Shown one piece after another: positions 1 to 9,228 of a stretch of DNA of 64,000 bases. Position 1 is the stretch's first letter. The number at the start of each line of letters is the position of its first letter. Source of the DNA: Gemmatimonadaceae bacterium (GTDB taxonomy: Bacteria > Gemmatimonadota > Gemmatimonadetes > Gemmatimonadales > Gemmatimonadaceae). A program made the position numbers and the translations under genes. A model generated the notes under the pieces. That model was not told where the DNA came from. It was given only the letters and a program-made list of their open reading frames with translations, and did not search any database. Location of the stretch: positions 1 to 64,000 of the forward strand of contig JBBDYA010000120.1 in NCBI GenBank assembly GCA_040902005.1. Reading direction: 5' to 3'.

Positions 1-99
1 GCCGGGTGTCCGCGCAGCGCGGGCTGTGTCAATTCTGGCAAGCGATCTCCTTGCCTGAATTGAGCACAGTCGCGCAAAGCGGATGCCCGGCTCCCACGC
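1..99 (+). repeat. Long-hairpin dispersed repeat, copy 1 (left arm cut by window edge)
   Basis: Core AGCGCGGGCTGTGTCAATTCTGGCAAG-N7-CTTGCCTGAATTGAGCACAGTCGCGC shared with the 11.3 kb and 25.4 kb copies; outer stem 1-13/79-91. Confidence 0.85.
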
Positions 100-153
100 G
101 CCCGCACGACAGCGCGCACTGCCCCCACGACAGACACGCGACGGCCGTGCGAA

Positions 154-2211
154 CTAGGCCGTGAGGTGGACCGTGAACGTCGAACCCTTACCCGGCGCGC
201 TCGCAAGCGTGAGCCGATACCCAAGCGCATCGCAGATCGCGCGCGAAATCGAGAGCCCGAGCCCCGTGCCGCCGTAGCTGCGGTGCGTATCCGGCGCGGC
301 CTGTTCGAACGGCTCGAAGATCGCTTCCTGTCGCTCGACCGTTATGCCGATTCCCGTGTCTCGCACGTACAGGCACACCGGAACGCCGTGCGCGTCTGAC
401 TGCGCGCCCACCACCACGCTCCCCTGGTGCGTGAAGCGCAGCGCGTTGCCCGCCAGGTTGATCAGCACCTGCCGCAGCAGCACCGTGTCGGTCTCGACCG
501 GCGCCATGTCCTCCGGCACCTCCGCGCGCAGGTCCACGCCGGCGGGACGCGGCTGCCCTTCCATCTGCTCGACCACGTCGATGATGAGCGCGTCGAGTGT
601 GACGATCCCCGACGTCACCGTGAGCCGCCCCGCCTCGACCTTCGCGATGTCCAGCACGTTGTTCACGAGCGTCAGCAGGTGCCGCCCGTTGCTGGTGATG
701 CGGTCCAGGTAGGTCAGCTCCTCCTCCGTGAGGTGCCCGGACTTGTTCTTCTTCATCACGCCCGCGAATCCGATGACGGAGTTGAGCGGGGTGCGCAGTT
801 CGTGGCTCATGCGCGAGAGAAAGTCGCTCTTGGCGTGGCTCGCGGCCTGAGCCTCGTCGCGCGCGCGGAGGATTTCGGCCTCGTACATCTTCTGCGCACG
901 GCGACGCTCGATCATCGCGCCCACCTGACCCGCCACGAGCGACGTCATCTGCGTGTGGCGCGCATCCGTGGCGCGCGGACGGTCCATGAAGAAACCGAGA
1001 ATCGCAACCACCTCGGTGCCTGACATCACGGGGACCGCCACGGCGCTGTGAAATCCGCAGTGCGCGGCGGCCTGCAACCTCGCGCGCGCTGGCGTCGCCG
1101 CCGCGAGGTCTGGAAACCACTCCACCTGTCGCGATTGCCACGCGAGTCCCGGCAGTCCCTCGCCCGGCGCGAAGGCGATGCCGTTGCCCGCGTCCACCAA
1201 TGGCTGTGCCTCGACTCCCGGCAACGCGTAGACGGTGGTGCGCTCCAGGTGAGCGTTGTCGGCGGTGGGCAGCCAGGCCTCGCCGAACATCCAGCCCGTG
1301 GCGGCACAGAGCGATTCGAGGGTGGCGACCAGGGCACCCTTCAGGTCCTTCGCCGAGCTGACGGAGACGGTGATCTCCTGGAGCAGCTTGAGCGTGGCTT
1401 CCTCGTGCCGGCGCTCGGTGACGTCCGCGCCAAGGCTGGCCGTGCCCATCACCTCGCCCGCCGGGGAACGCAGCACGGTGGTGTCCCACTCGATCATGCG
1501 CCGCGATTCGTCGCGGCAGAGAATCTCGTGCTCCGACTTCGGTGGAATGTCACCCGTGCCGATATGGTCGAAGAACGACGCGCGCGACGGATCGCCGGGC
1601 GCGACGCACCGGTCGAACCAGTTCTCGCCGAGCAGTTCCGCGCGGCTCCAGCCGGTCAGGGTAAGAAAGGACTCGTTGCAGAACGTGATGCGCGCTTGGG
1701 CGTCGATCCCGACCGCCACGAGCCGTACCGTCTCGAGCGTGGTGCGAAAGCGCTGCTCCGAGTCGCGGAGCGCGTCCTCGATCTGTTTGCGCTCGGTGAC
1801 GTCGCGCGAGCCGCAGACGATGGCGCCGAGCGCGGTCGCGTCCTTCGGCGTGGCGCGCGCGGTGGTCTCGAGCCACGCGAACTGGCCGTCGTGCCGGCGG
1901 CAGCGCCAGGTGACGTAGGCGGGGGTGCCACTGAACCGGACGGCGCGCCGCCAGATTCCCGCCAGCGCCGTCGCGTCGTCCGGATGCGCCAGGTCGCGCG
2001 GGTGCCTGCCGATGAGGGTGCCGGAGTACCCGCCCACCATGCCCGCGAGCACCGGGGACGCGTACCGGAACGTGCCGTCGGCGTCGTGGGCGGAGACCAT
2101 GTCCACGACGTGCTCGGCGAGGATGCGCAGCGTGGGGGCCTGCGACTCGGGCCGCGCCCGCCGGATCTCGCGCGCGATCAGCACCGCGGTGATGACCGCG
2201 GCGGACAGCAT
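154..2211 (-). CDS. PAS-PAS-GAF sensor histidine kinase
   Basis: Two PAS/PAC units (RDVTERKQ, ADVTERR), GAF-like segment, H-box FLSRMSHELRTPL, N-box NLAGNA, DTGIG and GTGLGL; start moved to ATG 2211 because the ORF-track start lies inside the tRNA. Confidence 0.9.
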   Translation of the reverse strand: MLSAAVITAVLIAREIRRARPESQAPTLRILAEHVVDMVSAHDADGTFRYASPVLAGMVGGYSGTLIGRHPRDLAHPDDATALAGIWRRAVRFSGTPAYVTWRCRRHDGQFAWLETTARATPKDATALGAIVCGSRDVTERKQIEDALRDSEQRFRTTLETVRLVAVGIDAQARITFCNESFLTLTGWSRAELLGENWFDRCVAPGDPSRASFFDHIGTGDIPPKSEHEILCRDESRRMIEWDTTVLRSPAGEVMGTASLGADVTERRHEEATLKLLQEITVSVSSAKDLKGALVATLESLCAATGWMFGEAWLPTADNAHLERTTVYALPGVEAQPLVDAGNGIAFAPGEGLPGLAWQSRQVEWFPDLAAATPARARLQAAAHCGFHSAVAVPVMSGTEVVAILGFFMDRPRATDARHTQMTSLVAGQVGAMIERRRAQKMYEAEILRARDEAQAASHAKSDFLSRMSHELRTPLNSVIGFAGVMKKNKSGHLTEEELTYLDRITSNGRHLLTLVNNVLDIAKVEAGRLTVTSGIVTLDALIIDVVEQMEGQPRPAGVDLRAEVPEDMAPVETDTVLLRQVLINLAGNALRFTHQGSVVVGAQSDAHGVPVCLYVRDTGIGITVERQEAIFEPFEQAAPDTHRSYGGTGLGLSISRAICDALGYRLTLASAPGKGSTFTVHLTA

Positions 2212-2274
2212 GACGAAGACGGCGGAATTTGACAGTAGCTGGATCCCGGTCGGTGCAACGGAACCAGGCGGGAG

Positions 2275-2347
<73 letters not shown>

Positions 2348-2588
2348 CGAAACGAACCGGGAAATCTAGCTGGAAAACGCGCCCAAACTCAACCCGGCCG
2401 AGACGGGGTTTCCGCGGTCACGAACCAGGTGGATGAAGGAAAACCGTGGCGCGATCGCGACAATCCGGTCCTCGCGGCAGACCGGAATCGCTCGTACATT
2501 TGCAGGCGTCGAAGTCGACACCACGCAGCGCCGGATTCGATCCTCCCTCTGGCCTGCAAAACAACCCCACATCAGGGACCCTCCCTTT

Positions 2589-5500
2589 ATGAAGATGTCA
2601 CGTTGGGTGGTGCGAGCCGCGGTTCTGCTCGCGATCCCCGCAGGTGCGGCAACAGTCTCCGCGCAGGGCGTGACCACTGGCGCGATCAGTGGCACCGTCA
2701 CTACGCAGGCGGGCCTGTTGATCGAAGGCGCGCAGGTCACGGTCACGAATCCCGCGACGGGGTTCAGCGCGACGGTCACAACCTCGTCCGCCGGCCGGTA
2801 TCACGTGGCGGGGCTCGAGTCGGCAACGAGCTACCGCGTCGCGGCACGGCGCCTCGGTTTCCGCCCACTGGTCAAGAACGACGTGGCGGTCACGCTCAGC
2901 GAAGTGCGACGCCTCGACTTCGTCCTGGAACAGCAGGCCGCCACTCTGGACGAGATCACGGTGTCGGCTGCGCTGGAAGAGGTGATCGATCCAAGCCACC
3001 AGGGCGCGGAAACCACGGTGAGCGATTCCGCGCTTCGGCGACTTCCGACCCTCAATCGCAATTTTACCGACTTCGTCGCGCTGACGCCGCAGGTCTCGAC
3101 CACCCTCTTCAACGGCGGTCTGTCGGGCGGCGGAACGAACAACCGGTACAACAACGTGCAGATCGACGGCACGTCGGAAGCGGACGTCTTCGGGCTGGGG
3201 TCAACGGGACAGCCCGGCGGTCAGGCCAACGGAAAATCCATCGGTCTGGAAGCGGTGAAGGAGTACAAGGTGATGTTGTCGCCGTATGACGTGCGACAGG
3301 GCTTTTTTGCGGGGCTGCTGATCAACGCAGTCACGAAAAGCGGTACGAATGAGTTCTCCGGTACCGCATTCGGTGTGATGCGGAATCAGAACTACACGCG
3401 TAACCAGCCGTACATCGACGACTACGAGCAAACCCAGTTCGGCTTCTCAGTCGGCGGGCCAATCGTTCGGGACCGGGCGTTCTTCTTCATCAGCCCGGAG
3501 TTCCAGTCCCGGACTGAGCCGGCCTTCGGGGGTTTCCTCGGACAATCCAACATCGCCCTGACGCAGGCGCGTGCGGATTCGTACATCAGCGCATTGAACC
3601 AGTATTCCGGACTGAACACCGCCGGTGACTTTGGGCTCTTCAATCGCGAGAATCCGCTCCAGAACATATTTGCCCGGGTCGACGTCAACCTGCCGTACAA
3701 CTCGCAGCTCGTGGTTCGATACAATTACGGCCACTCGGAACAGGACGTCTTCAGCCGGTCGTCGTCGAGCTTCAAGCTCTCGGACAACGCCTATTTTTTC
3801 AACTCGAAGAAGAACGCGCCGGCGCTTCAGCTGCGTACGCTCTTCGACAATGGCGCGTATAACGAGTTTCTTGCCGGATACACGCAGATTCGCGACCGGC
3901 GCACGCCGCGCGTACGCTCCCCCGAGATCACGGTGCAGACGGACGCTTCGAGCGTGGTCCTGGTCTCCGGCTCCGAGCGCTTCTCCCATGGCAACGAGCT
4001 GGATCAGGACATCTTCGAGATCACCGAGAATTACACGATGCCGTTCGGAGCCCACCGCATCACGATCGGAACGCAGAACCAGTTTCAGAAATTTCGGAAT
4101 CTGTTCGCGCAGTCCACGCTTGGTGTCTGGCGTTTCTCGAGCATCGACAGCGTGACCAATGGATTGCCGAACCAATACATCATCGGCGTACCGCTCGAGC
4201 CGGACGGCGTTGGTGGCGTTCAGGCCGGGGGCGACGGCGCCGTGCGATTCAGCGGCGCCATGTACTCGGCATACATCCAGGATGAGTGGACGGTCACGCC
4301 ACGGCTGAACGTTTCCGCTGGATTACGCCTGGACCGGCCCACGTTCGGCGACAAGCCACCCGAGAATGTCGCGTTCCAGACCGCGTACAGCCGCAGCACA
4401 TCCGACATCGCATCAGGCAACGTGCAGTGGTCGCCGCGGCTTGGGTTCAATTGGGACGCCACCGGTGACGCGGTCAACCAGGTGCGAGGCGGCATTGGTC
4501 TGTTCACCGGCCGGCCTGCATACGTCTGGCTGAGCAATGCCTTCCAGAACTCCGGGATGGGCGGCGTCGCGCTGCTCACGTGCGGTTCGGCGGCGACCGT
4601 TCAGCCATTCAACAACACGACCATCGCCACGCCGCCAACGCAGTGCGCCAACGGCACGACCGCGGCCCTCGGTTCCCAGATCGACCTCATGTCGCCGGAT
4701 CTCAAGTATCCCCAGAACATGAGAGCCACGCTGGGCTACGACCGCCGATTGCTTCAAAACTGGATCGGGACGGCAGAGCTGTTGTACACCCGAGGGGTGA
4801 ACGGCCTCTTCTATCAGAATCTTGCGTTGGCAGGGATCCAGGGCACCAATGCGGTCGAAGGCCGCACCATCTATGGAACGTCACCCGGCAACCCCGTCTT
4901 CCTCGCCGGCGGGCGCGAGCAGATCTACGAGGTGAGCAATCAGTCCAACGACAATGCGTACAGCCTGACGGGCGGCATTCAGCGGCGCTACGTGCACAAC
5001 TACGAAGGGTCTCTCTTCTACACGTACACCCGCGCGAACGACGTCCAGAGCTTCACGTCCAGCACCGCCTTCTCGCAACTGAGGTTCGGACGCGCGACGG
5101 GAGGAGATCTGCTCGACAAGACGGCGACCCGTTCCACGTTCGAGCAGCGGCACCGCATCGTCGGCCAGGCCACGTACACGTTCCCAACCAAAACCGATGT
5201 GAGTCTGATCTACTTCGGCGAATCGGGATCGCCATACACGTACATCGCGAGCGGTGACCTGAACGGGGATGATTTCACGCTCAACGACCCGGTCTACGTC
5301 CCGAACAACGCCGCGGATCCGAGCGAGATGTTTTTCAACTCGCTCACCGTCGGCACCGCGCCGAACCAGATCGTCTATACGCCGGCCGAACAGGCGGCTG
5401 CGTTCGAGAGCTACATCAACGGGGAAAAGTGCCTGAGCGAAAACCGCGGCAGGATCCTGCCACGCAACGCGTGCACGGCGCCGTTCGTGAACACGCTGAA

Positions 5501-5777
5501 CCTGTCGGCGCGGCAGTCCTTCCAGACCCTTCGCTTGCAGAACATCACGTTCCAGCTCGACGTCTTTAATTTCCTCAACCTCGTCAACAAGGATTGGGGA
5601 CTGCAGCGGACTCCAGGCACCAGCCCGATTACCCTGGTGAGCGCAAGCGCGTACACGAACGGCACCATCCTCACCGGCCAGCCGGCCTACACGTTCAACC
5701 CCACGTTCACGCGCTACTTCTCGAACAACCTCCAGTCGAACTATCAGATCCAGTTGCAGGCCAGATACGGGTTCTGA
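2589..5777 (+). CDS. TonB-dependent receptor, Oar-like, with N-terminal carboxypeptidase-regulatory-like domain
   Basis: Signal peptide, GAISGTVT...GAQVTVTN domain, LPTLNRNFTDF plug, INAVTKSGTNEF, C-terminal ARYGF; start at ATG 2589 is inferred. Confidence 0.9.
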   Translation: MKMSRWVVRAAVLLAIPAGAATVSAQGVTTGAISGTVTTQAGLLIEGAQVTVTNPATGFSATVTTSSAGRYHVAGLESATSYRVAARRLGFRPLVKNDVAVTLSEVRRLDFVLEQQAATLDEITVSAALEEVIDPSHQGAETTVSDSALRRLPTLNRNFTDFVALTPQVSTTLFNGGLSGGGTNNRYNNVQIDGTSEADVFGLGSTGQPGGQANGKSIGLEAVKEYKVMLSPYDVRQGFFAGLLINAVTKSGTNEFSGTAFGVMRNQNYTRNQPYIDDYEQTQFGFSVGGPIVRDRAFFFISPEFQSRTEPAFGGFLGQSNIALTQARADSYISALNQYSGLNTAGDFGLFNRENPLQNIFARVDVNLPYNSQLVVRYNYGHSEQDVFSRSSSSFKLSDNAYFFNSKKNAPALQLRTLFDNGAYNEFLAGYTQIRDRRTPRVRSPEITVQTDASSVVLVSGSERFSHGNELDQDIFEITENYTMPFGAHRITIGTQNQFQKFRNLFAQSTLGVWRFSSIDSVTNGLPNQYIIGVPLEPDGVGGVQAGGDGAVRFSGAMYSAYIQDEWTVTPRLNVSAGLRLDRPTFGDKPPENVAFQTAYSRSTSDIASGNVQWSPRLGFNWDATGDAVNQVRGGIGLFTGRPAYVWLSNAFQNSGMGGVALLTCGSAATVQPFNNTTIATPPTQCANGTTAALGSQIDLMSPDLKYPQNMRATLGYDRRLLQNWIGTAELLYTRGVNGLFYQNLALAGIQGTNAVEGRTIYGTSPGNPVFLAGGREQIYEVSNQSNDNAYSLTGGIQRRYVHNYEGSLFYTYTRANDVQSFTSSTAFSQLRFGRATGGDLLDKTATRSTFEQRHRIVGQATYTFPTKTDVSLIYFGESGSPYTYIASGDLNGDDFTLNDPVYVPNNAADPSEMFFNSLTVGTAPNQIVYTPAEQAAAFESYINGEKCLSENRGRILPRNACTAPFVNTLNLSARQSFQTLRLQNITFQLDVFNFLNLVNKDWGLQRTPGTSPITLVSASAYTNGTILTGQPAYTFNPTFTRYFSNNLQSNYQIQLQARYGF

Positions 5778-5824
5778 TCGGGTACCAGAAGGGGGATGCT
5801 TCTGATCCTGTGGTAGTATCGGTG

Positions 5825-5864
5825 GAAAAGCCCCAGCGAGTCCTCTCGCCGGGGCTTTTTCTTT
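5825..5864. terminator. Bidirectional intrinsic terminator between the receptor gene and queF
   Basis: GAAAAGCCCCAGCGAG-TCCT-CTCGCCGGGGCTTTTTC: GC stem with flanking A/T tracts. Confidence 0.8.
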
Positions 5865-5927
5865 GCCGGTACTCGCGCTCATCGCCCAACCTTCGTTCGC
5901 GCCTCCGGCCGACGCACTGGATCGGTA

Positions 5928-6323
5928 TTACGCGCGCGTCCCGGCCCGCGCCGTGATCACGGACTTGATTCCCCCGCGCACGTTGAAATCACCCACGACC
6001 TCCATCCATTTCGGCGTGCAGCTCGCCACCAGATCGTCGAGGATGCGATTCACCGCGCGCTCGTAGAAAATGCCGTCGTTGCGAAAGCTCCACAGGTACA
6101 GCTTGAGACTCTTCAGCTCGAGACAGGTTTTCGCCGGCACGTACGTGATGTGTATCGTCCCGAAATCCGGCGCGCCCCCCTGCAACTGCGCCAGCTCCTC
6201 CGCGTCCGTTTCGATGCCCCCCACGGGACAGAGCGACGTGAACTCGTTGCACTCCATCCGGATCTCGTAGTCCCGCTTGGGATGCGGGTTGGAAAATGTC
6301 TCCAGCAGCTCTGGTCGTGGCAT
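5928..6323 (-). CDS. queF: NADPH-dependent preQ0 reductase QueF (short type) with loop insertion
   Basis: LETFxNP, EFTSLCP...PDFG, QueF motif ELKSLKLYLWSFRN, FNVRGGI. Confidence 0.9.
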   Translation of the reverse strand: MPRPELLETFSNPHPKRDYEIRMECNEFTSLCPVGGIETDAEELAQLQGGAPDFGTIHITYVPAKTCLELKSLKLYLWSFRNDGIFYERAVNRILDDLVASCTPKWMEVVGDFNVRGGIKSVITARAGTRA

Positions 6324-6398
6324 GGCTCGTGCGTGCGAGATCGGTGTTCAACGCCCAGCTTGCTGGCGTTCCCGCAACAGCGGGTCTATACTCACAAT

Positions 6399-6487
6399 AG
6401 GTCGCTCGCTCTCTGCGACGACCATCGCCATCGGGAGAACGGCCTGATGGCATCGCCCCCGGGGATCTCCCCGGGGGCTCTTCTTTT
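6399..6487 (+). ncRNA. Candidate three-hairpin small RNA, antisense to the flanking genes
   Basis: TATACT at 6387-6392, three tandem stems joined by ATC linkers, last stem followed by TCTTCTTTT on the + strand. Confidence 0.35.
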
Positions 6488-7405
6488 CTAGTCGCGGGTT
6501 CGCAGCTGCCGCGATGCTTCGTCCAGCACCTTCCGCTCGGCCGGCGTGAGACTCCCCAGTCCCTGCTGCGAGATCTTGTCGAGGACGCGGTTCATCTCCT
6601 CGGCCCGGCTGTCGCGCTCCGGATCGCTGTGCTTCTCGGGCGACGGCGCCGGCCGCTTGGCCACCACCGCCTTGCTCTGCGCCACGACCTCGTCCACCTC
6701 GTCGCGATGCCGCGAGCGCGGTGATCTGGGGGCCGCGCGCGGACTCATGTCGTCCGTCACATCCGGCGCGGGAGACACGCGCTGCCGAAGGTGCTCGATG
6801 CTCACCTGCTGCGGCCGTTTGAGATACAGGAAGCCAAAGGCGAATCCGCCCAGGTGCGCAAAGTACGCCACCCCGCCCAGACCGCCGAGTCCGCGCAACA
6901 GATCGAGCGCCACGAAGAGCCCGACCATCGTGGCGATGCGCATGGGCAACACGCCGAACAGGTAGATCTCGTCGCGCGGCCAGTGCATGGCGTAGGCGAG
7001 CATGATGCCGTAGATCGCGGCCGACGCGCCCACCATGGGGGCCAGTCCGCCGAACAGCGCGTGGAAGACGGCGCCCCCCAGCCCGCACCAGAGGTAGAAC
7101 AGGATGAACCCGCGGGCGCCCCACGTATGCTCCAGTCGCGGCCCGAAGATCCAGAGCGCGTACATGTTGAACGCGAGATGCAGCAGCCCCGCGTGGAGGA
7201 ACATGTACGTGAACGCGCGCCACCAGGTCTCACCGAGCGAACCCTGTCGGAAGGCGAACCATGATACGAGCTGTTCCGGCAGCACGATGGTGGTGCCGAT
7301 GAACGCCACGACGATGTTGATGGCCAGCAGCACCTGGACCATCCGCGTCATGCGCGGATAGTCGTGCTGCTCCTCGATGGCCGACCAGGTCATATCCTGC
7401 CGCAC
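6488..7405 (-). CDS. Rhomboid-family intramembrane serine protease
   Basis: WR..TYMFLH, HLAFNM, catalytic GASA and AHLGG, C-terminal RVLDKISQQGLGSLT tail. Confidence 0.92.
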   Translation of the reverse strand: MRQDMTWSAIEEQHDYPRMTRMVQVLLAINIVVAFIGTTIVLPEQLVSWFAFRQGSLGETWWRAFTYMFLHAGLLHLAFNMYALWIFGPRLEHTWGARGFILFYLWCGLGGAVFHALFGGLAPMVGASAAIYGIMLAYAMHWPRDEIYLFGVLPMRIATMVGLFVALDLLRGLGGLGGVAYFAHLGGFAFGFLYLKRPQQVSIEHLRQRVSPAPDVTDDMSPRAAPRSPRSRHRDEVDEVVAQSKAVVAKRPAPSPEKHSDPERDSRAEEMNRVLDKISQQGLGSLTPAERKVLDEASRQLRTRD

Positions 7406-7406
7406 C

Positions 7407-8063
7407 TCATCTCGTGCCGGTGGGGGGGGGCAACCGCAGCGCCAGCCGGACGTCCGCGTGCAGGGCGGCGGCGCGCTCGATCAGTGTGACCCAGCGGCGG
7501 TCGCGATCCACCGGCGTGCCGTGCGGCGGGTGCACGACGATCACGGTCTTGCTGCTGGCACCGTGCGTCTGTTCGACGATCCGCAGCATTTGCCCGTCAC
7601 TCGCCTGGTCGCCCGGCGCCAGCACGATCGCGTGCTCGAGACCGGCACCGGCCGCTGCGCGCACGGAAGCCAGTGCGCGCTCCACGTGCGAGTCCATCGC
7701 GGCGCCTTCCAGAGTGATCTGCACCAACGTCACGTGCTTGTGCAGCGGCTCGATCCCGTCGGGACGCTGGCCATCGATGTCCAGCAGGATCGGCAGCGGC
7801 GGCGGTCCCGCGTCGAGCGCGGCCTCGAGGAACTCGAGGTTCGACAGCGGATCGCGACCACCGATGGAAATCGAGTGGAACTTTGACCGGGAGGCGCCGC
7901 GCTTGAGCTCCTGCGCGATCGCCGACGCGGTGTACATCGTCGCGGTCTCCGCCTCCGCGGCAAAGCGCACGAAGAGCTGGCGTCGTCCCAGCCAGACGCC
8001 CTGTGCCTGGAGTCCGGTGGGTACGCCGGCAAGAGCGGCAGTTGGTCCCGCGGTTTGCGCCAT
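7407..8063 (-). CDS. QueE-like protein lacking the radical-SAM cysteine motif
   Basis: GLQAQGVWLGRRQLFVRFA and SISIGGRDPL resemble QueE SIQGEG..GRRQVFVRF and SLTGGEPL; no Cys in 218 aa. Confidence 0.65.
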   Translation of the reverse strand: MAQTAGPTAALAGVPTGLQAQGVWLGRRQLFVRFAAEAETATMYTASAIAQELKRGASRSKFHSISIGGRDPLSNLEFLEAALDAGPPPLPILLDIDGQRPDGIEPLHKHVTLVQITLEGAAMDSHVERALASVRAAAGAGLEHAIVLAPGDQASDGQMLRIVEQTHGASSKTVIVVHPPHGTPVDRDRRWVTLIERAAALHADVRLALRLPPPTGTR

Positions 8064-9121
8064 CAGCGTGCGTCCTGGGCTTTTGGTTTCGGGTCCAGAG
8101 CCGCACCCTCCACGCCCGGCGCCGCGAGCACGATGCGCTCACACAGCTCGGGAAAGGAGATGCCCGCGGCCGCCGCGCCCTGGGGGATCAAGCTGGTCTG
8201 GGTCATGCCGGGAAGTGTGTTCGCCTCGAGACAGAACAGGCTGCCGTCCTCGGTCATCCGGAAATCGATGCGCGCGCATCCGCGCAACTTCAGCGCCTGG
8301 AACGCCCGCCGAGACAGCTCCTGCGCCTCGCGCGCGCGGTCCGAGGGAAGATGCGCCGGAAACACCTCTTCGGCCATACCCACCGTGTATTTGCACTCGT
8401 AGTCGTAGATCTCGTGCTTGGGGATGATCTCCCCCACCGGAAAGGCCTCGTCGGCGAGTATGCCCACGGTCAGCTCGCGCCCCGCGATGAACTGCTCGAT
8501 CATGACCTCGTCGTCGTAATGGAACGCCTCGGTCACCGCGGCGCCCAACTCCTCACGCCGCTTTACTATAGATAGGCCCACCGTGGACCCCTGCTTGGAC
8601 GGCTTGACCACAACCGGCAGCCCCAGCCCCTTGAGCATCTCGTCCGCGGTGGAATTCGGACGGGCCATGTTCCAGTTGGCGGTCTGCACACCGGCCCGGC
8701 GAAAGAGATGCTTGGACAGATCCTTGTCCATCGCGAGCGCGCTGCCCAGGTGCCCGCTGCCCGTATAGCGCACGCCGGCCATGTCCAGCAGCGCCTGGAT
8801 CGACCCGTCTTCGCCATATCCGCCGTGCAGCCCAAGGAAAACACAGTCCGCCTGCTTGAGCGACGGAAGGGCGCGCAGCATCTGGGGAAGCGTCTGCTCC
8901 GCCATGCGCTCGAGCTCCTCGCGCGACGGCGGCGTTTTCTTGACGATCGCGCCCTTGGACAGGAGCGCCTTCTCCTCCTTGTGCGTCAGCGTGCCGCGCG
9001 CGGTGTCGAGCGTGACGACCTCGTGCCCGCGCGTGCGCAGTGCCTCGGCCACGCGGAGACTGCTCGCGATCGAGACGTCGCGTTCGGCGGACGTGCCGCC
9101 CATCAATACGGTAATTCGCAT
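8063..9121 (-). CDS. ddl: D-alanine--D-alanine ligase
   Basis: GGTSAERDVS, LHGGYGEDG, MDK, KPSKQGS, EANTLPGMT; alternative ATG at 9139. Confidence 0.95.
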   Translation of the reverse strand: MRITVLMGGTSAERDVSIASSLRVAEALRTRGHEVVTLDTARGTLTHKEEKALLSKGAIVKKTPPSREELERMAEQTLPQMLRALPSLKQADCVFLGLHGGYGEDGSIQALLDMAGVRYTGSGHLGSALAMDKDLSKHLFRRAGVQTANWNMARPNSTADEMLKGLGLPVVVKPSKQGSTVGLSIVKRREELGAAVTEAFHYDDEVMIEQFIAGRELTVGILADEAFPVGEIIPKHEIYDYECKYTVGMAEEVFPAHLPSDRAREAQELSRRAFQALKLRGCARIDFRMTEDGSLFCLEANTLPGMTQTSLIPQGAAAAGISFPELCERIVLAAPGVEGAALDPKPKAQDAR

Positions 9122-9142
9122 GCCTGGTTGATCCACCATGTA

Positions 9143-9228
9143 ATCCGCGAAATCCGCGAAATCCGCGAAATCCGCGAAATCCGCGTTATCCGCGTTATCC
9201 GCGTCTTATCCGCGTCTTATCCGCGTCT
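9143..9228. repeat. Tandem array of 9 ATCCGCG-core units (9-11 bp period)
   Basis: ATCCGCGAA x4, ATCCGCGTT x2, ATCCGCGTCTT x3, filling the intergenic gap. Confidence 0.95.

Noticed and set aside
6324..6487. Canonical preQ1-I riboswitch before queF
   Set aside because: No recognisable GGTTC-type stem-loop with an A-rich tail on the - strand; kept only as an unassigned structure.
9143..9228. CRISPR array (also 35404-35503 and the long-hairpin repeats)
   Set aside because: Units are 9-11 bp without unique spacers, the hairpin copies are dispersed, and no cas genes are present.
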